Positions 40,589 through 54,954 of a stretch of DNA of 64,000 nt are shown in pieces; the first letter of the stretch is position 1; each line of letters begins with the position of its first letter. The notes under the pieces were generated by a model, which worked only from the letters and a program-made list of their open reading frames with translations, made no database searches and was not told where the DNA came from. The DNA lies in contig OZ024743.1 of the NCBI GenBank assembly GCA_964016885.1, positions 202,864,001-202,928,000 of the forward strand, given 5' to 3'. The stretch comes from Eledone cirrhosa. Its lineage: Eukaryota. The position numbers and the translations under genes were made by a program.

Positions 40589-41200
40589 ATGGTGGCTGCC
40601 AACTCGTTTTCGAGTACGGCCACTACTTTATATCCATGTAGGAGAACCCCTACCGATGCGCTGAACGAGTGTGACTTTTTAGTCCAGCCAGCGACTTGAA
40701 AACTCTGGTACAAACACTACACTTGTGACAATTATTGACACATAGTGCTGGGCCCATGGTACCATGTGACGACAAGTGCAGAGATCTCCAGATATAAAGC
40801 AATGCCTGTGCCGTGAAGCTTTTATAGTGAGCAAAGGCACTGCACAAAGCCAGTCCCACTCTCTTAACCAAGATAATATTTACCAAAAAGAAGAACAAGT
40901 CAACATCATTGGATTCCATCAGGGTTGCAGGTGTTATATCAGAGTTTTCCTTCTCCTAGAATTCTGCCTTGACAAAGGCTAAGGGATCATCTCTCCCGGT
41001 AATTTTGGATGGGCATTGCCTCTTAAGAGCTCCTTTGCCCTTTGACAGGTTTTGTTTTTAGTCCTGCAGGATGTCAAAGTCCCCCTCCTCACTAAGAAAC
41101 CTTGGTGGGGTTGCCAGTTTAGTCGCCAACGACCCGACCATGAGACAGGTTGTACTGGGATACATGTTACCAGTAGCACCAACTGGTGACCTGACATAAA
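40589..41200 (-). mobile_element. Non-autonomous bipartite RTE-derived element (about 610 bp)
   Basis: RTE 5'-UTR-like ggcag..ctaggagaaggaaaactctga joined to a terminal C2H2 finger CSVCTRVFKSLAGLKSHTRSAHR* and a (TATG)n tail. Confidence 0.75.
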
Positions 41201-41514
41201 TACATACATACCTACATACTACTCTCAAAGAAATACGAACAAAATTAAATGCTGTAGAAATTGAACGTGGATATAGACACATGGACACAAACACTTAGAA
41301 GCATGTCGAAAACTATGCTACTCTTAAAGAACTACAAATACAAACCTTCGCATCAATACATTCACATGAATACACATACACGCTAACTCACTAACTCGCA
41401 GGTACACGAATGTCATAGAAGTCACAAACACGTAAAACTAGACTTACATATACAGTTACACATTTTCACTCGTGTTAATGCATCTAAATACACTTAAATA
41501 CATATGTACAGACC

Positions 41515-41775
41515 TACATTCGTGTAAAAAAACATAAAACGTATGGGTGCATATACATAAAATCGTTCGCACACCTAGACACTTATGTTCGAGTAAAAAG
41601 ACAGAAAGCACACACACGCGTACGTAACATATTACATGCATGTAGACATACACACACGTACATTCGTGTAAAAACACATAAAACGTATGGGTGCACATAC
41701 ATAAAATCGTTCGCACACCTAGACAATTATGTTCGAGTAAAAAGACAGAAAACACACACACGCGTACGTAACATC
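41515..41775. repeat. Tandem duplication, about 143-bp unit, two copies
   Basis: tacattcgtgtaaaaa..cgcgtacgtaacat occurs twice. Confidence 0.9.
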
Positions 41776-42054
41776 TTACATATATGTAGATATACACACA
41801 CGGACATGCTGGCACTCGTGTAAGAGCTTATAAAATACATATTAGAAATGCGTAAAACCAAGAAATAATTTTTTTTTCTCAGTTGCATTTAATTGCTAAA
41901 AAGCTTTGGCAAAACTTTGAAGAAAACAGATTAGAATGAGATAAATTGTATATATTCTACAAATTCCATTGATTTCTTCATTCGCTGTTGTTAGGGACGT
42001 GACACAATACCACACGCACGCACGCATGGATATATAAACACACACATATATATG

Positions 42055-42090
<36 letters not shown>

Positions 42091-42125
42091 CACTGCCTAT
42101 CTGTTTTTATTCCCATTCCAGTTTT

Positions 42126-42196
<71 letters not shown>

Positions 42197-42237
42197 TCTG
42201 TAGATAAGATGGACTTTCCTGTCGATTTCGGTGCATC

Positions 42238-42274
<37 letters not shown>

Positions 42275-42610
42275 AATGGAAAATATCTTTATAAAACCAT
42301 TATTATTTTATTATACATATTTCAAGGGTACCAATATTTTAGTACGCTTTCCTCAGATAAAATACTATATTTGGTTTAAAGATAGTGACATATCTTCATA
42401 TGAACTTTATGTTATAAGTTCATTGAAGATAGTGAATTGAAATATGTTTAATAAAATAAATATAGTTTTATAAAGATATTTTCCATTTATTAATATTATT
42501 GATATTAATTATACTCCGGAAATATGTTGAGTGCTTCTAATCTGTTATACATTAACTTTCTCGAATAATCAATAAAACAAATAACTCATTGTTTATATAT
42601 ATATATATAT

Positions 42611-43607
42611 TAGAGTTACGTCAATTAATCGGCTGATAATTGGCAGCGGTTAGGTTGTCGATTAGTCGCTTTTGATAATCAATCTGTAGGCACGTTTACT
42701 TGAACAAGAAAAGCACGGGAACACATTGTTTTCAACATGTAGAAACATTATTTCCTAAGGCACGAAATATAAACCCACCAGTACAATGTAACCCTATTTC
42801 TACTGTTCGAATGTGGTAATCTACACAACTGGAAATCATTAGGTCTGACTAGAGCAGGCATGGGCAACCTTTTTCAAGAATCGGGCCGCCCACATGAGAT
42901 ATGGCTCATCATCAGGCGAGCTGCAAACGCTAATTTCCGTTCGTACCCACATTAAAAAAAGGGCGGTAACTCAGGTTGTTTTGATTTGTTTCTTCAGAAT
43001 TCGTACACGTTGTTTTCCTCGATCGTAAACATGATAGAATGTTAAATTACGACTGAAAAGTTGGGGTAAAAAAGCAGAAAGATTTCACTTAGGTGACCTA
43101 CGTGAGCCATTCTAAAAGTTTCGCGGGCCGCAGGTTATCCATGACTGGTCCAGAGAATATAACTGTGATTAAGCGTTTGTCAAATAGACACAAGACATTT
43201 GAGAAGATGTGAGCTTAATTGATCTTTCATAAATGAATTGATTTTAAAATGTATATTAATTCCGATTTCATTTATTTAATGGTAATCAAAACATCTGTAG
43301 CAATAATGATTTCTTCGATATTAACTTCAACAAAAATATAACTGTATAATCGGAGGTTCGTAACTTCCAATATAGAGACTTCAAACTTTGTTCATTTTCA
43401 GTGCATTGCTGATGTTTTTGGAGGATCGTATATCTCAATTTCTACGGGAAAGTCCTCCTAGTCATCATGTGTTGCTTCAAATTAATCATAATACGCATTT
43501 TCGTACAATTGCATTAGAGAATATCAGCGGCCGACAAATCGGTTTTGGCCGATGAGGCAAGGCTTAAGATATTGGTAATTGGCTTATTTAGTTGTGGTAA
43601 CCCTTAT
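42611..43607. mobile_element. Possible hAT-type non-autonomous DNA transposon
   Basis: Imperfect termini TAGAGTTAC../..GTAACCCTTA with subterminal atcggc/ccgat motifs. Confidence 0.4.
42855..43147. mobile_element. hAT/Charlie-like MITE
   Basis: TIRs CAGGCATGGGCAACCT / AGGTTATCCATGACTG. 8-bp TSD-like gactagag / gtccagag. Confidence 0.75.
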
Positions 43608-43654
43608 ATATATATATATATATATATATCGAGAAAGCAAGGGAAAGAGGGCTA

Positions 43655-45610
43655 GATAGATCGACAGATAGATAGATGTCTTTATTTGCCACAGGGGCGT
43701 ACAAAAATGGGACATTACAAGACATGACGGCGGGGCTTTTACGTAAAAATCATATAACTTAAACATTAATAAATAACAATAAACTGTATATAATAAAATA
43801 ACAATTGGAATCCCCAATAGGAGGGAACGTTACTGTAGGGTTGTTTTACACCCCGTACATAGAACAACCCTCAACACCAGGAACACCTTCCCACTGTTTA
43901 TCTTCCTCACCCTACGAGTTTATATACAGAGAAGGCCCATACACTCGGGCCATTTTCGCCACATTCCCCCACCTTTCAGCGAATTTATTGGGGTGTAGCA
44001 CCTCTCTGTCCACTCTCACCTTCCTTCTGAAGTGATACTTAAAGAAGGGGGTGAGTTGTTGTCCGAAGAGAAAGGGGTTTGCCCTCAGTCCTTTCAACCT
44101 CGTCCACCATAGTACCTCTTTCGCCATAGCCACCAGACAGAGGAAAACCGCCTCTCCTTCGTTCTTAAATGAAGGCGGCGGGGTGATCCTCACGACGGAC
44201 TCGGCTGACAACTGGATGCGTCCCACACGTGACAGCACCTGTTCGACAAAATTCCACAGGTCGATCACCCCTGGGCACTGAACAATTGCGTGCAGAACGG
44301 TTTCGATGTCCTGCTCGCATCTTGGACAGGTCCTTTTGGCAGGTTCTCTGCCAGGGCGTCCGTGCCTGTAGATTTTGTCTCGAACTGGTAGAGCTCCTCG
44401 GTAGCACTGCCAGGCTAGAGACCTCTGGAGGTTATCCATAGGCCCTGGACGGAAAGTCCTCCCGAACAGACTGGTCAGTTCGTCCTCTTCGATGCCTAGT
44501 GTTTCCCCGAGAACGTCGTCGCACCTATCCTTCACTAATCCTGTAGAGTATGTCGAAATGGAGTATCCGCTGATTGCCGTTTCCGCTTGGTAGAGGGCTG
44601 TGAGCGCCTGTAGGCACTCGAGGTGCCGGCACACGTTTTCGATCTTCGCTTGACCCAAGACAGCAGCTCTATTAGTGAGACGAGTTGTGGAAGAGCTCCT
44701 CTCACAAACGACAGCCACACCGGTTCACCGGTCAGGAATACCTGGAGATGGCATAGCCTCAGCGCATGTTTGCGCATCATCAGCCACGGCACGCCCAGCC
44801 CTCCGTTAGAAGGGTGTTGACAGCAGATGGATCTCCTCACCAATGGAGCCTGTTTCTTCCATAGGAACTTGAAGAGTAGGCGTTCCATTTCGGTAAGGTA
44901 TTCGCGGGGGCAAGGCACGACTGTCAAGCGCTAGTAGATGACGGACGCTATGTAAGTGTTCGCCACCTCCGCTCGACATTTCAAGGAGAGTTTGCACTCA
45001 GCCCACTTCTGGGTGAGCGCAAACACCTTCGCCGTGACCTCGTTCCAGTTCTTGTTCACCTCGAGCAATTTCACTGGTCCTTCCGTCCAGCGTCCAACGA
45101 CACTGTCGGAAGGCATGGGTTTGCCTCTCCATGTAACGAGTTGCAAACCGACAGACTTGTTTGGGTTTAGTTTTGCTCCTGTCAACGTTTCGTATAGGTG
45201 GCCGATTACCCTGATTTCCGAGGCTTTCGACACCATAACGGTTATGTCGTCGGCATAGGCCGACGTTGCTTTCCGCAGTCCTGGTTCGATCGGTATGCCC
45301 TGCAGCAGCTCCAACTTCCGCAGTAACGGTTCTAGAGTCAGTACATACAGAATGGAGGAGAGAGGGCATCTCTGACGGATGGAACGCATGAGTTGGAATG
45401 GCTCTGATAGGTAGCCATTCACCTTGACTGCCGAGCAGATGCTGGTGTGCATGGCAGCGATCCAGCCTCTGAAGACGGGACCGAAGCCTTAAGAACTGCT
45501 TCCAAGTATTGATGGTCGACCCAATCAAATGCCTTAGACTGATCTAAATTGATCAGAGCCCCACCGAAGCCACGTTTACACCCTACCCTCTCTATGATAT
45601 ATCGCATGAG
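43655..45610 (-). mobile_element. 5'-truncated Tx1/L1-clade LINE (RT plus C-terminal Zn finger), frameshifted, with (TCTA)n tail
   Basis: NLDQSKAFD, SIRQRCPLS..LEPLLRKL, AYADDITV and CPRC..ETVLHAIVQC, then AATAAA and (TCTA)n. Confidence 0.92.
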
Positions 45611-45704
45611 GATAGATAGATATGTTTCTTTAATAGCCACAGGGGCACAAAAGAAGGGGACAAAGGGGGAAGTTTACATACAATAAAAACGTGTAAAATG
45701 ATAG

Positions 45705-45755
<51 letters not shown>

Positions 45756-46152
45756 ACAGAGAAGCATAATCATAGCTAGTTATAAGTATAGATATATGCT
45801 GATATGGAAAGATATGTAGAAAGAGATACGACTAAATAAATGTATAGAAGTAAATCACAATATACACTCATACAGATGGCTAAATTGGCAAATACAAAGA
45901 GAGACACATCTTTAATTAAATAGTTAATAGCAATAAGGCTGCAACGAAATTTTATCTCGAGATAATGTTTACAAATTTGCAATATACGTGCTTGATTAGA
46001 ACATTTGCACGTTTTCCTCAGTTTTCTAAATGTAATTATAAACATATCTTTTATTTAACCTTCAATTATTGCACTAAATATACGTGGTTACTTTCTAAAT
46101 TACTATCTGATGTTCTTGTTTAACATCTTGATTGTTTTATAACAAGCGTTTT

Positions 46153-46681
46153 ATTATATATTATATTTTTTGTATTCACATTAAGAATAGATTAAACTGC
46201 AGCATAATATATACAGACACACAAACACAGACATATATAAACACATACATAAAAACGTACACTTGTCAATATATTTCTAATGACCAGAATTTTTATTTCA
46301 TTGTTTTAACTTATATCAGGACTCTGTTTTCCTTTTAATGTTTTATTGTTTTCCGGGATTTATTTTAACCAACAACATTTTCAACATATGGATTACATTG
46401 AGTTCTTCATGTAGACTGGACCCCATAACTTACCGTGGATATCTCTGTGTGTGTGTATATATATGTTGAAAATGTTGTAGTTTAAAATAAATCCCAGAAA
46501 ACAATAAAACATTAAAAGGAAAACAGTCCTGATATAAGTTAAAACAATGAAAAAAAAATTCTGGTCATTAGAAATATATTGACAAGTGTATGTTTTTATG
46601 TATGTGTTTATATATGTCTGTGTTTGTGTGTCTGTATATATTATGCTGCAGTTTAATCTATTCTTAATGTGACTACAAAAA

Positions 46682-46695
<14 letters not shown>
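46153..46695. repeat. Fold-back inverted repeat, about 235-bp arms and 70-bp spacer
   Basis: 46153-46389 is the reverse complement of 46461-46695. Confidence 0.9.
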
Positions 46696-46714
<19 letters not shown>

Positions 46715-46719
<5 letters not shown>

Positions 46720-47296
46720 TAAAAAAATAATGAATAAAACAATGAAACAGTTCCTTATATTAAACAAAAAAAGTTCATTATTTAACGATCGTTTCTAGGA
46801 CATATATGTGTTAGAATTGGTATGCATATTCAACAGATCTATGTACAAAATTATACAAAATTATACAAATTATCAAATATAATATACATACCAACACATA
46901 CATATGCCGTCTTCAGAAATAATGAAATATATTTATTGATAATAACAACAATTCAAAATTACAGGTCTGTTTGGGAACAGAGTTCAAATTGACCAATGAA
47001 ATACACAAAAATATATCAAGAAAATACAGTTAGGTGTGTGTATATATGTAAGTAACTTCGTTCACAGATATGCATAAAAACATATGTTCACATGCATACG
47101 CATGTCGAAAAACTGTATGTAAATACAAAAATTCAGGGCTAATGTCTCTGTATGTTTATAATCTACAGATAAAATACACATACGCATATAAACATATATA
47201 GATTCATATATACACACATATATACACACACATTCACACACACACGCGCATATACACATAAACATACACATACCCACGAACATACACACACACACT

Positions 47297-47327
<31 letters not shown>

Positions 47328-47588
47328 GTATATATTAATATTATAACTATATGGATATTTAGGCACACACATAAACACTGCCACATATGTTTTTACATCC
47401 AAATGCAGAAGTGGGTAAGGGGTTCAGTAATTACTAAGGGTGTCAGGGAAACAGCCTATTTATAAAATGTATCTATAAATTTAGAAATAAAAAAGAAATA
47501 TATTAAAAAAATATATATATAAACAAGTAAAATATACTCATACATAAAATACATACCGATATACATATACATACATATACACATACAC

Positions 47589-47643
<55 letters not shown>

Positions 47644-47871
47644 CATACACATATACATACACACGTACATACATAGATACACATACACATACATATATAA
47701 ATACATAGACACACATACAAACACACATATATATATATACATATATTCACAACTCAATACATATATACACATATATGTACAACACATAGACACACATATA
47801 TATATACACATATATACATACAGACACATATATATACACATATATACACACATATATATATACATACACAC

Positions 47872-47904
<33 letters not shown>

Positions 47905-48129
47905 CACACAACACACACACACACATACATATACGTATATATACACACACATACACATATCCATGTATGTATATACACATACAACCACACGCTCACACAA
48001 CTCAGGCATACATAAATAAAGAGATATACATACATACATATACACATATATATATATATATATATACACATGCACATAGATATATATACACAACCACACA
48101 CACACACATATATACATACACTCATATAT

Positions 48130-48196
<67 letters not shown>

Positions 48197-49098
48197 CACA
48201 CATACACATAAATATATATAAAAAAAGAAATAGATAAATAAATAAATAAATACACACAGTCAGACAATTATGCACACATATATATATATACACACATACA
48301 CATACACACATCTCTACAAATATATATACACACATATACACACGCACGCATACATATATACATACACACATACTTATATATAGAGACATACATATACATA
48401 TATATATATACATACATATACATATATATACACACATACATACATATATATACATATATATATATATATACAATCATAGACACTTATTTACATGCGCACA
48501 TATGTATTTTTATACTCACATATAAACACCCAAACATACATACCTACTTACATACACATACATTCATCCACGCTTACAAATATAAATAATTATGGGGGGG
48601 GGGGATTAAAATTATTAGTGGGAAAAAGTAAATATAGGTTTCATGGAACATAGAATATTAATCTGCATTTAGATCATAATATATGTTTACATAGTAGTTT
48701 CAGTATTAGGAAATGTAAGAAAGCAGGCAAAATTATGCATTTTAATATAAGTAGACTATTAATTAAAGGTTAACTGAAATAAAATTAGTTAATATATTGA
48801 TTTCTTAGGTTTATAATATTTGAAGCGGAATTTTGAAGTTAAACAGTAGTAGAATATTAATTATATCATAACTAAATTAAAATATTAACATTATGGTATC
48901 AATATTAGGAAATGAATTTAGTAATAGGGAAAACCAAATCAAGTATTTCATCGGTAGTAGAATATAAATTATAGGTTAACTAAATTAAAGAATTATATAT
49001 TAATTTCTATAGTATATGTTAATTAGGTTTATAATAATTAAAACAGATTTTGTATTTTATCTATAGTAGAATATAATTATAGGTTAACAAAAATTAAA

Positions 49099-49151
<53 letters not shown>

Positions 49152-50365
49152 TAATTGTAAAAAATATATTAATTAGGTATATATTTAAAAATTTATCTCA
49201 GTTTATGATTACATGATATTCTGCAATCCATCTGTATTGGAATTTTAATTTTAAGCTAATTAAATTAAAATTATAGGTTAACTAAATTAAAATTAATTTA
49301 TAAATAAGTTTCTAAATTGTACATTAATTAGGTTTATAATATTAAAAAATATTTCTCTGTTATTGATTACACGATATTTTGTTATATTTCATCTATAAAG
49401 GAATTTTAATAAAAGGTTAAATAAACTAAAATTAATCTATAAATTAATTTACAAAGTATATATTAATTATGTTAATAATATTTAAAAGTTTTTCACTATT
49501 TATGATTACACAATATTTTTTATCTCATCTGTATTAGAAATTTAATTAAATTAAATTTATAGGTTATCTACATTTAAATTAAATTATATATTAATTTCTA
49601 AATTTCTAAAATATATATTATTATTTAGGTTTATAATATTTAAATGTTTTTCTCAGTTTATGATTACACGATATAATTAATGATCCACCCCTTATCAAAA
49701 TAATAGAAATGAATGTAGATTATGTTCCCAAGAACTATTTGAAATAATGAAATCTAAGGATATCCTATTAAATAAGCGACAGGAATTAATTATATCGTGT
49801 AATCATAAACTGAGAAAAACATTTAAATATTATAAACCTAAATAATAATATATATTTTAGAAATTTAGAAATTAATATATAATTTAATTTAAATGTAAAT
49901 AACCTATAAATTTAATTTAATTAAATTTCTAATACAGATGAGATAAAAAATTTTGTGTAATCATAAATAGTGAAAAACTTTTAAATATTATTAACATAAT
50001 TAATATATACTTTGTAAATTAATTTATAGATTAATTTTAGTTTATTTAACCTTTTATTAAAATTCCTTTATAGATGAAATATAACAAAATATCGTGTAAT
50101 CAATAACAGAGAAATATTTTTAAATATTATAAACCTAATTAATGTACAATTTAGAAACTTATTTATAAATTAATTTTAATTTAGTTAACCTATAATTTTA
50201 ATTTAATTAGCTTAAAATTAAAATTCCAATACAGATGGATTACAGAATATCATGTAATCATAAACTCAGATAAATTTTTAAATATATACCCAATTAATAT
50301 ATTTTTTACAATTAAAAAAAAAAAAAATATATATATATATATATTATTTTTAATTTTTGTTAACT
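46715..50365. mobile_element. PLE family C inverted pair: minus arm 46715-49680, plus arm 49692-50365
   Basis: The plus arm begins YQNNRNECRLCSQE..KYYKPK*. About 49080-49680 is mirrored by 49787-50365. Confidence 0.85.
46775..46925 (-). ncRNA. Hammerhead ribozyme with a 114-nt stem-loop II
   Basis: UCAUUAUUU-CUGAAGA-cGGCAUAUguAUGUGUUGG..CUAACACAUAUAUGUCcua-GAAA-CGAUCG-UU^AAAUAAUGA. Confidence 0.75.
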
Positions 50366-51173
50366 ATAAAACAAGTGTATAGCTCTATATACAGGCGTTA
50401 GGATAAAAGAGTTGTGGACAATATAATACAGAAATAACAGACGGACAAGTAGATTGAAAGATATATTGAGAGATAAAGGCTTAATAGGTGATGATGCAGT
50501 AGGGGTGTAGATTGAGGGTGACCATGGCAATAATGGATGATTGATATATGTGAGGGAAAGAGAGTTGAAGGGGTGTGTCTATACAGAAGGAATACTTAAT
50601 CACTGTGGGAGTGTTTTTAGAGTGTCAGCTACTTTTGGGTCCGATTAGTAAGGAGTTCGTTTTTTGCAATCTCAGGCATAAACTTTGAAGTATTTCGATT
50701 ATTTGTTTGTTTATTATTGTTTTTGGTGGTAGAGTGTCCGTGTTCATAGCGTGATTTAGCAGGGCGGTTTCCTTTAATGATGATAAGAGGATCTTAGAGT
50801 GGTTCGGTGGCGCCAATTTTGAAAACGTTATAAGTTTGGGGAATTATAACAATTTCGCTGGTGGGAACTGGACTTAAAATGGATTGTCATGCTAGCACTA
50901 CGGATAGCGATTTTTAGCCACACAGGACCAATGAAAGATTTGTTAATATTAGGAATAAACCCTACTGTATAGCTGATTCGCGTTATTCTTCACTCCTTTA
51001 TACATATATATATTTGTTGGTAAAATCATATTTATAGAGTGATTATGTAAACTTTAATGAAGTGGTAAAGAGAGAGAGTGAGTGAGTGAGAGAGAGAAAT
51101 ATAGTCAGATAGAGAGAGAGAGATCAGTATATTTCCTGTGTTTAATTAGTAAGACCATTATTTACCTGAGTAC

Positions 51174-51364
51174 CTGAGGGCGGTAGATTGCCAGAATCGG
51201 TAGAGGGTCGGACGCCATGCTTTGAATCATACAGTTATGGCTCTTGCCATTCTGAGTTCAAATCCCGCCGAGGTTAACTTTGCCTTTCATCCTTACGGCG
51301 TCGATAAAATAAATACCAGTAATGCACTGGTTAATTTGCTGGCTTTGTGCCAAAAGTAGAAACA
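51174..51364 (+). mobile_element. tRNA-derived SINE with 17-bp target-site duplication
   Basis: A and B boxes present. ATTATTTACCTGAGTAC at 51157-51173 and 51365-51381. Confidence 0.92.
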
Positions 51365-51536
51365 ATTATTTACCTGAGTACTCGATACTTGGGATATTGA
51401 AGTGTAAATATAGACAGTTTTAACAGCAAATTCTGTCTCTCTCTAACACACACACACACACACATACAAACATGTATATATCTATATATATAGAGAGAGA
51501 GAGAGATAGAGAGAGAGAGAAGATTCATATCTACAC

Positions 51537-51582
<46 letters not shown>

Positions 51583-51634
51583 ATATATATATATATATAT
51601 TGGAAAATGTGTGTAATCCTTGGTACAGTTAGGT

Positions 51635-51878
51635 ATATTAAGACAGGAGGGGGAAGAAAAAATGGCTTCATTTGTGCTTTCAACAAATTTATTTTCTTCA
51701 CAAAATCCAAAAATAATTTAAAAAATTTGTTTAGAAATTGAGTCGACTCAATTTATAAAATTTTATTTAATAAAATTTTTTTTAATCCGGAAAAAAATTA
51801 TTTTTGGATTTTGTGAAGAAAATAAATTTGTTGAAAGCACAAGTGAAGCCATTTTTTTCTTCCTCCCTGTCTTAATAT
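51635..51878. mobile_element. MITE with about 85-bp TIRs
   Basis: tattaagacaggag..aaaataattt is mirrored at the right end. TA flanks. Confidence 0.75.
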
Positions 51879-53992
51879 ATATATATATATATCGAGAGAG
51901 AGAGAAAGAGAGAGCAAAAGAGAAATATATATATATATATATATTACGTATGGGAATGAAACATTCTTTCCGTTACAAAGTATGCTTCCAGAATCTCGAG
52001 AAACCAAAGAGAATTTGTTTCCCCATGTAAATCGCAGTTCAATATTATCGCACTATATCAGTGTTTTTGTAGATGTCTCTTGATCCGGAGAAGACAAAGA
52101 ATAACAAAATGGCGCTGAGTGAAATTTGAACTGTATAAACTGAAGTTGTATTAGGAAACGGTAAGGGAAACACGAGCATCTTTTATATTTCCCTATATCA
52201 AGATTTCAATTAATCATACAGAGATCTTGTCAAATATAGCTCTTATATAAATGTATCAGTGTATGTTATTCTTTATTTTCTATTTAAATATTTGTAGAAG
52301 CAACATAATATAATATATAAAATAAAATAAAATATTACGGTGTCGACAAATTTTACGTTTAATATACATTTTTTTTTCTATTTTATTATTTGAACATTTA
52401 TTTTACTATTTCTCCTCTTTCCTTTTAATCGTTACACAACTCGGTTAATATGTCATAGCAAAACTCCGTCTGATGCTGGTCTCACCTGACGCAAGTGATA
52501 TCATTGGTGTCAATTTCTTTTTGACATAATGTCGAAGAATATTTACTATGTAACTCGATCTGCTACAAATATCAGCAATTTTTTCAAATCCTGAGGACGG
52601 ATTGTATGTTAATATAGTTATACAAAATAAAACTAGGTAATTATGCCTTTAATAAATTTGCTCGATTAGGCTGACATTTGCAAGTAAACAACAACGTACA
52701 TTCATTCGACATATTCGAGTCGGCAATCAAGGGAAATATTTGACAGATGTAGATGCTTGCATATGGTTTAAGATTATCGATTGTGAGTTCAAAGCCAATA
52801 TATTTATTTCCATCAATCTTTCACATATAATTCTTTATAAGTAAATCAGTGTAAGATGACCAGGTCCATTTCAGTCCCTCCGGCAATAAAATAATGAATC
52901 TGAAACACAACGCGCTCTTATGTAGTTCAACTTTGGAATATCTATCTCAAGACGACAATCGACCCGGTTATCTGGACTGAATACTTGCAACGGTGTAAAT
53001 TCTACTAAAGGAACAAAAACAAGAAGTTGTGATTTTTGTTTGAGCTAACATTCTACGTTGGATCTTTTGACATGTTTGTAAGGAATAGAAGGGGAATCAC
53101 TGAAAAGATAATATAAGTTAGTCTGTCTTCCTCATGTGCCTGATATATATATATATACATTGCACTCTTCATCTTTAATGTTATGATGGCAGAAATAAAC
53201 GACACAACATTTTTATCGGGATTTTGAATATAGCTATATAGTAAAGTAACAATAAAATTATCTTGAAATATATTCTTCCTACATTGTCCATATATCCCTA
53301 TCTCACTCGCTCTTCAAATTTCTCGCAAGCATAAATTGTCCCCGGTAATGGAAATAGTTCTTAGCTGACGGTAGGATACGAAACACTTCATCGTTATTTT
53401 GTAGGAACGTGTTTGCTATTCTAGCTACAGTACTGTTTACATACAACATAGAACTATAATTAACATCTTTTAGTGCAAATCATTGTGATCCTTGAAGCCT
53501 GATGAAATTGTAGATGCCCTGTTATGATATTTGAACCTGGCGGGGCTTATATTTCTCCAGGGATGAATGCAGCCTATTTCGTCAAGAGAAATAGAAACAG
53601 ATATAGAGGAAGAATCACCCATATTATTAAACAGGTACATTATGTACCCACGTCAAAGGAATGAAAGACAAAGTTGAGGTAGTCGAGATTCCAACTCAAA
53701 TTACATAGAGCTGGAACAAATATTGCAAATATTTCCAATCAGCAGTCTAAAGTCTCTCCTATTTCACCGTATAATAGCACAAAATGTTAATTTCACAGAT
53801 GATTGCTCCTTGATTTAATTACTCGAATAGACTCGATTCCTCCTTTTAATATGATTAAAACGTTAACTCAGTAATTACCCTAAAATATATGAGAATGTTC
53901 CAAACATGAAATCAATATTCTTCATTAAGATTATACAGATTTGCTTCTCCCAAAAAATATATATATTGCCCTTATAGGTATGTGTATATCTA

Positions 53993-54031
<39 letters not shown>

Positions 54032-54082
54032 TATGTGTGTGTGTGTGTGAGTGTTTGTGTGAGTGTGTGTGTGGGAGGGGTG

Positions 54083-54156
<74 letters not shown>

Positions 54157-54249
54157 CGTGTGTACGCGCGCAAAGACAAACAGAAATAACAAAGCAAACG
54201 ACATAGTACGATGAAGAAATATATTAGATTTACGTTTGATATAGTAGGA

Positions 54250-54290
54250 GAAGAGACTTAACGTTTCGGACGCAAGTCCTTCATCAGGAA
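54250..54290 (-). ncRNA. Minimal hammerhead motif of PLE type
   Basis: CUGAUGA-A-GGAC(uugc)GUCC-GAAACGUU-AAGUC, with palindromic AACGUU. Stem I is not clearly intact. Confidence 0.7.
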
Positions 54291-54803
54291 ATATAATGCG
54301 AAAATAAAGAATACAAAGATCGAGGGAGGAGATGGGCAGGTAAGAAAAATGGAAAAAAAATGTGGGGGATAAAAACAGGTCTATTCCCGTACACCAATCT
54401 AGGAAAACTACATATAATATATAAAGAGATTGAGAGGGGGAGGGAAAGCGTTTACAAAAAATAATATATGCATATTGTGTGTAAATATTGGAGCGAATTT
54501 ATATTTTAGTTAATGTATATCATGCTCAATGATATAGAATATTGTAAAATATATTATGAAATATATATTATTACAGAAAAAATTAATTATTCCCGAAGTG
54601 TATCGATTTAAATATTAACTTATATTATAAGTTTTATACTGTAAGTCTGATGTAAAAAGAAATATTTCTCAAACAGAAATAACAGAAGTCATATGAAGAA
54701 AGAATATACATGAGAATATATACATATAAACACACGGAAAACAGACAGAAACACTCATATATATATACACACACACACATATATATATATATACATATAT
54801 ATG

Positions 54804-54954
<151 letters not shown>

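Noticed and set aside
41100-41200. HDV-like ribozyme at the 5' end of the RTE-derived element
   Set aside because: A CUAA-ACUGG segment and hairpins are present, but I could not assemble P1, P3 and P1.1.
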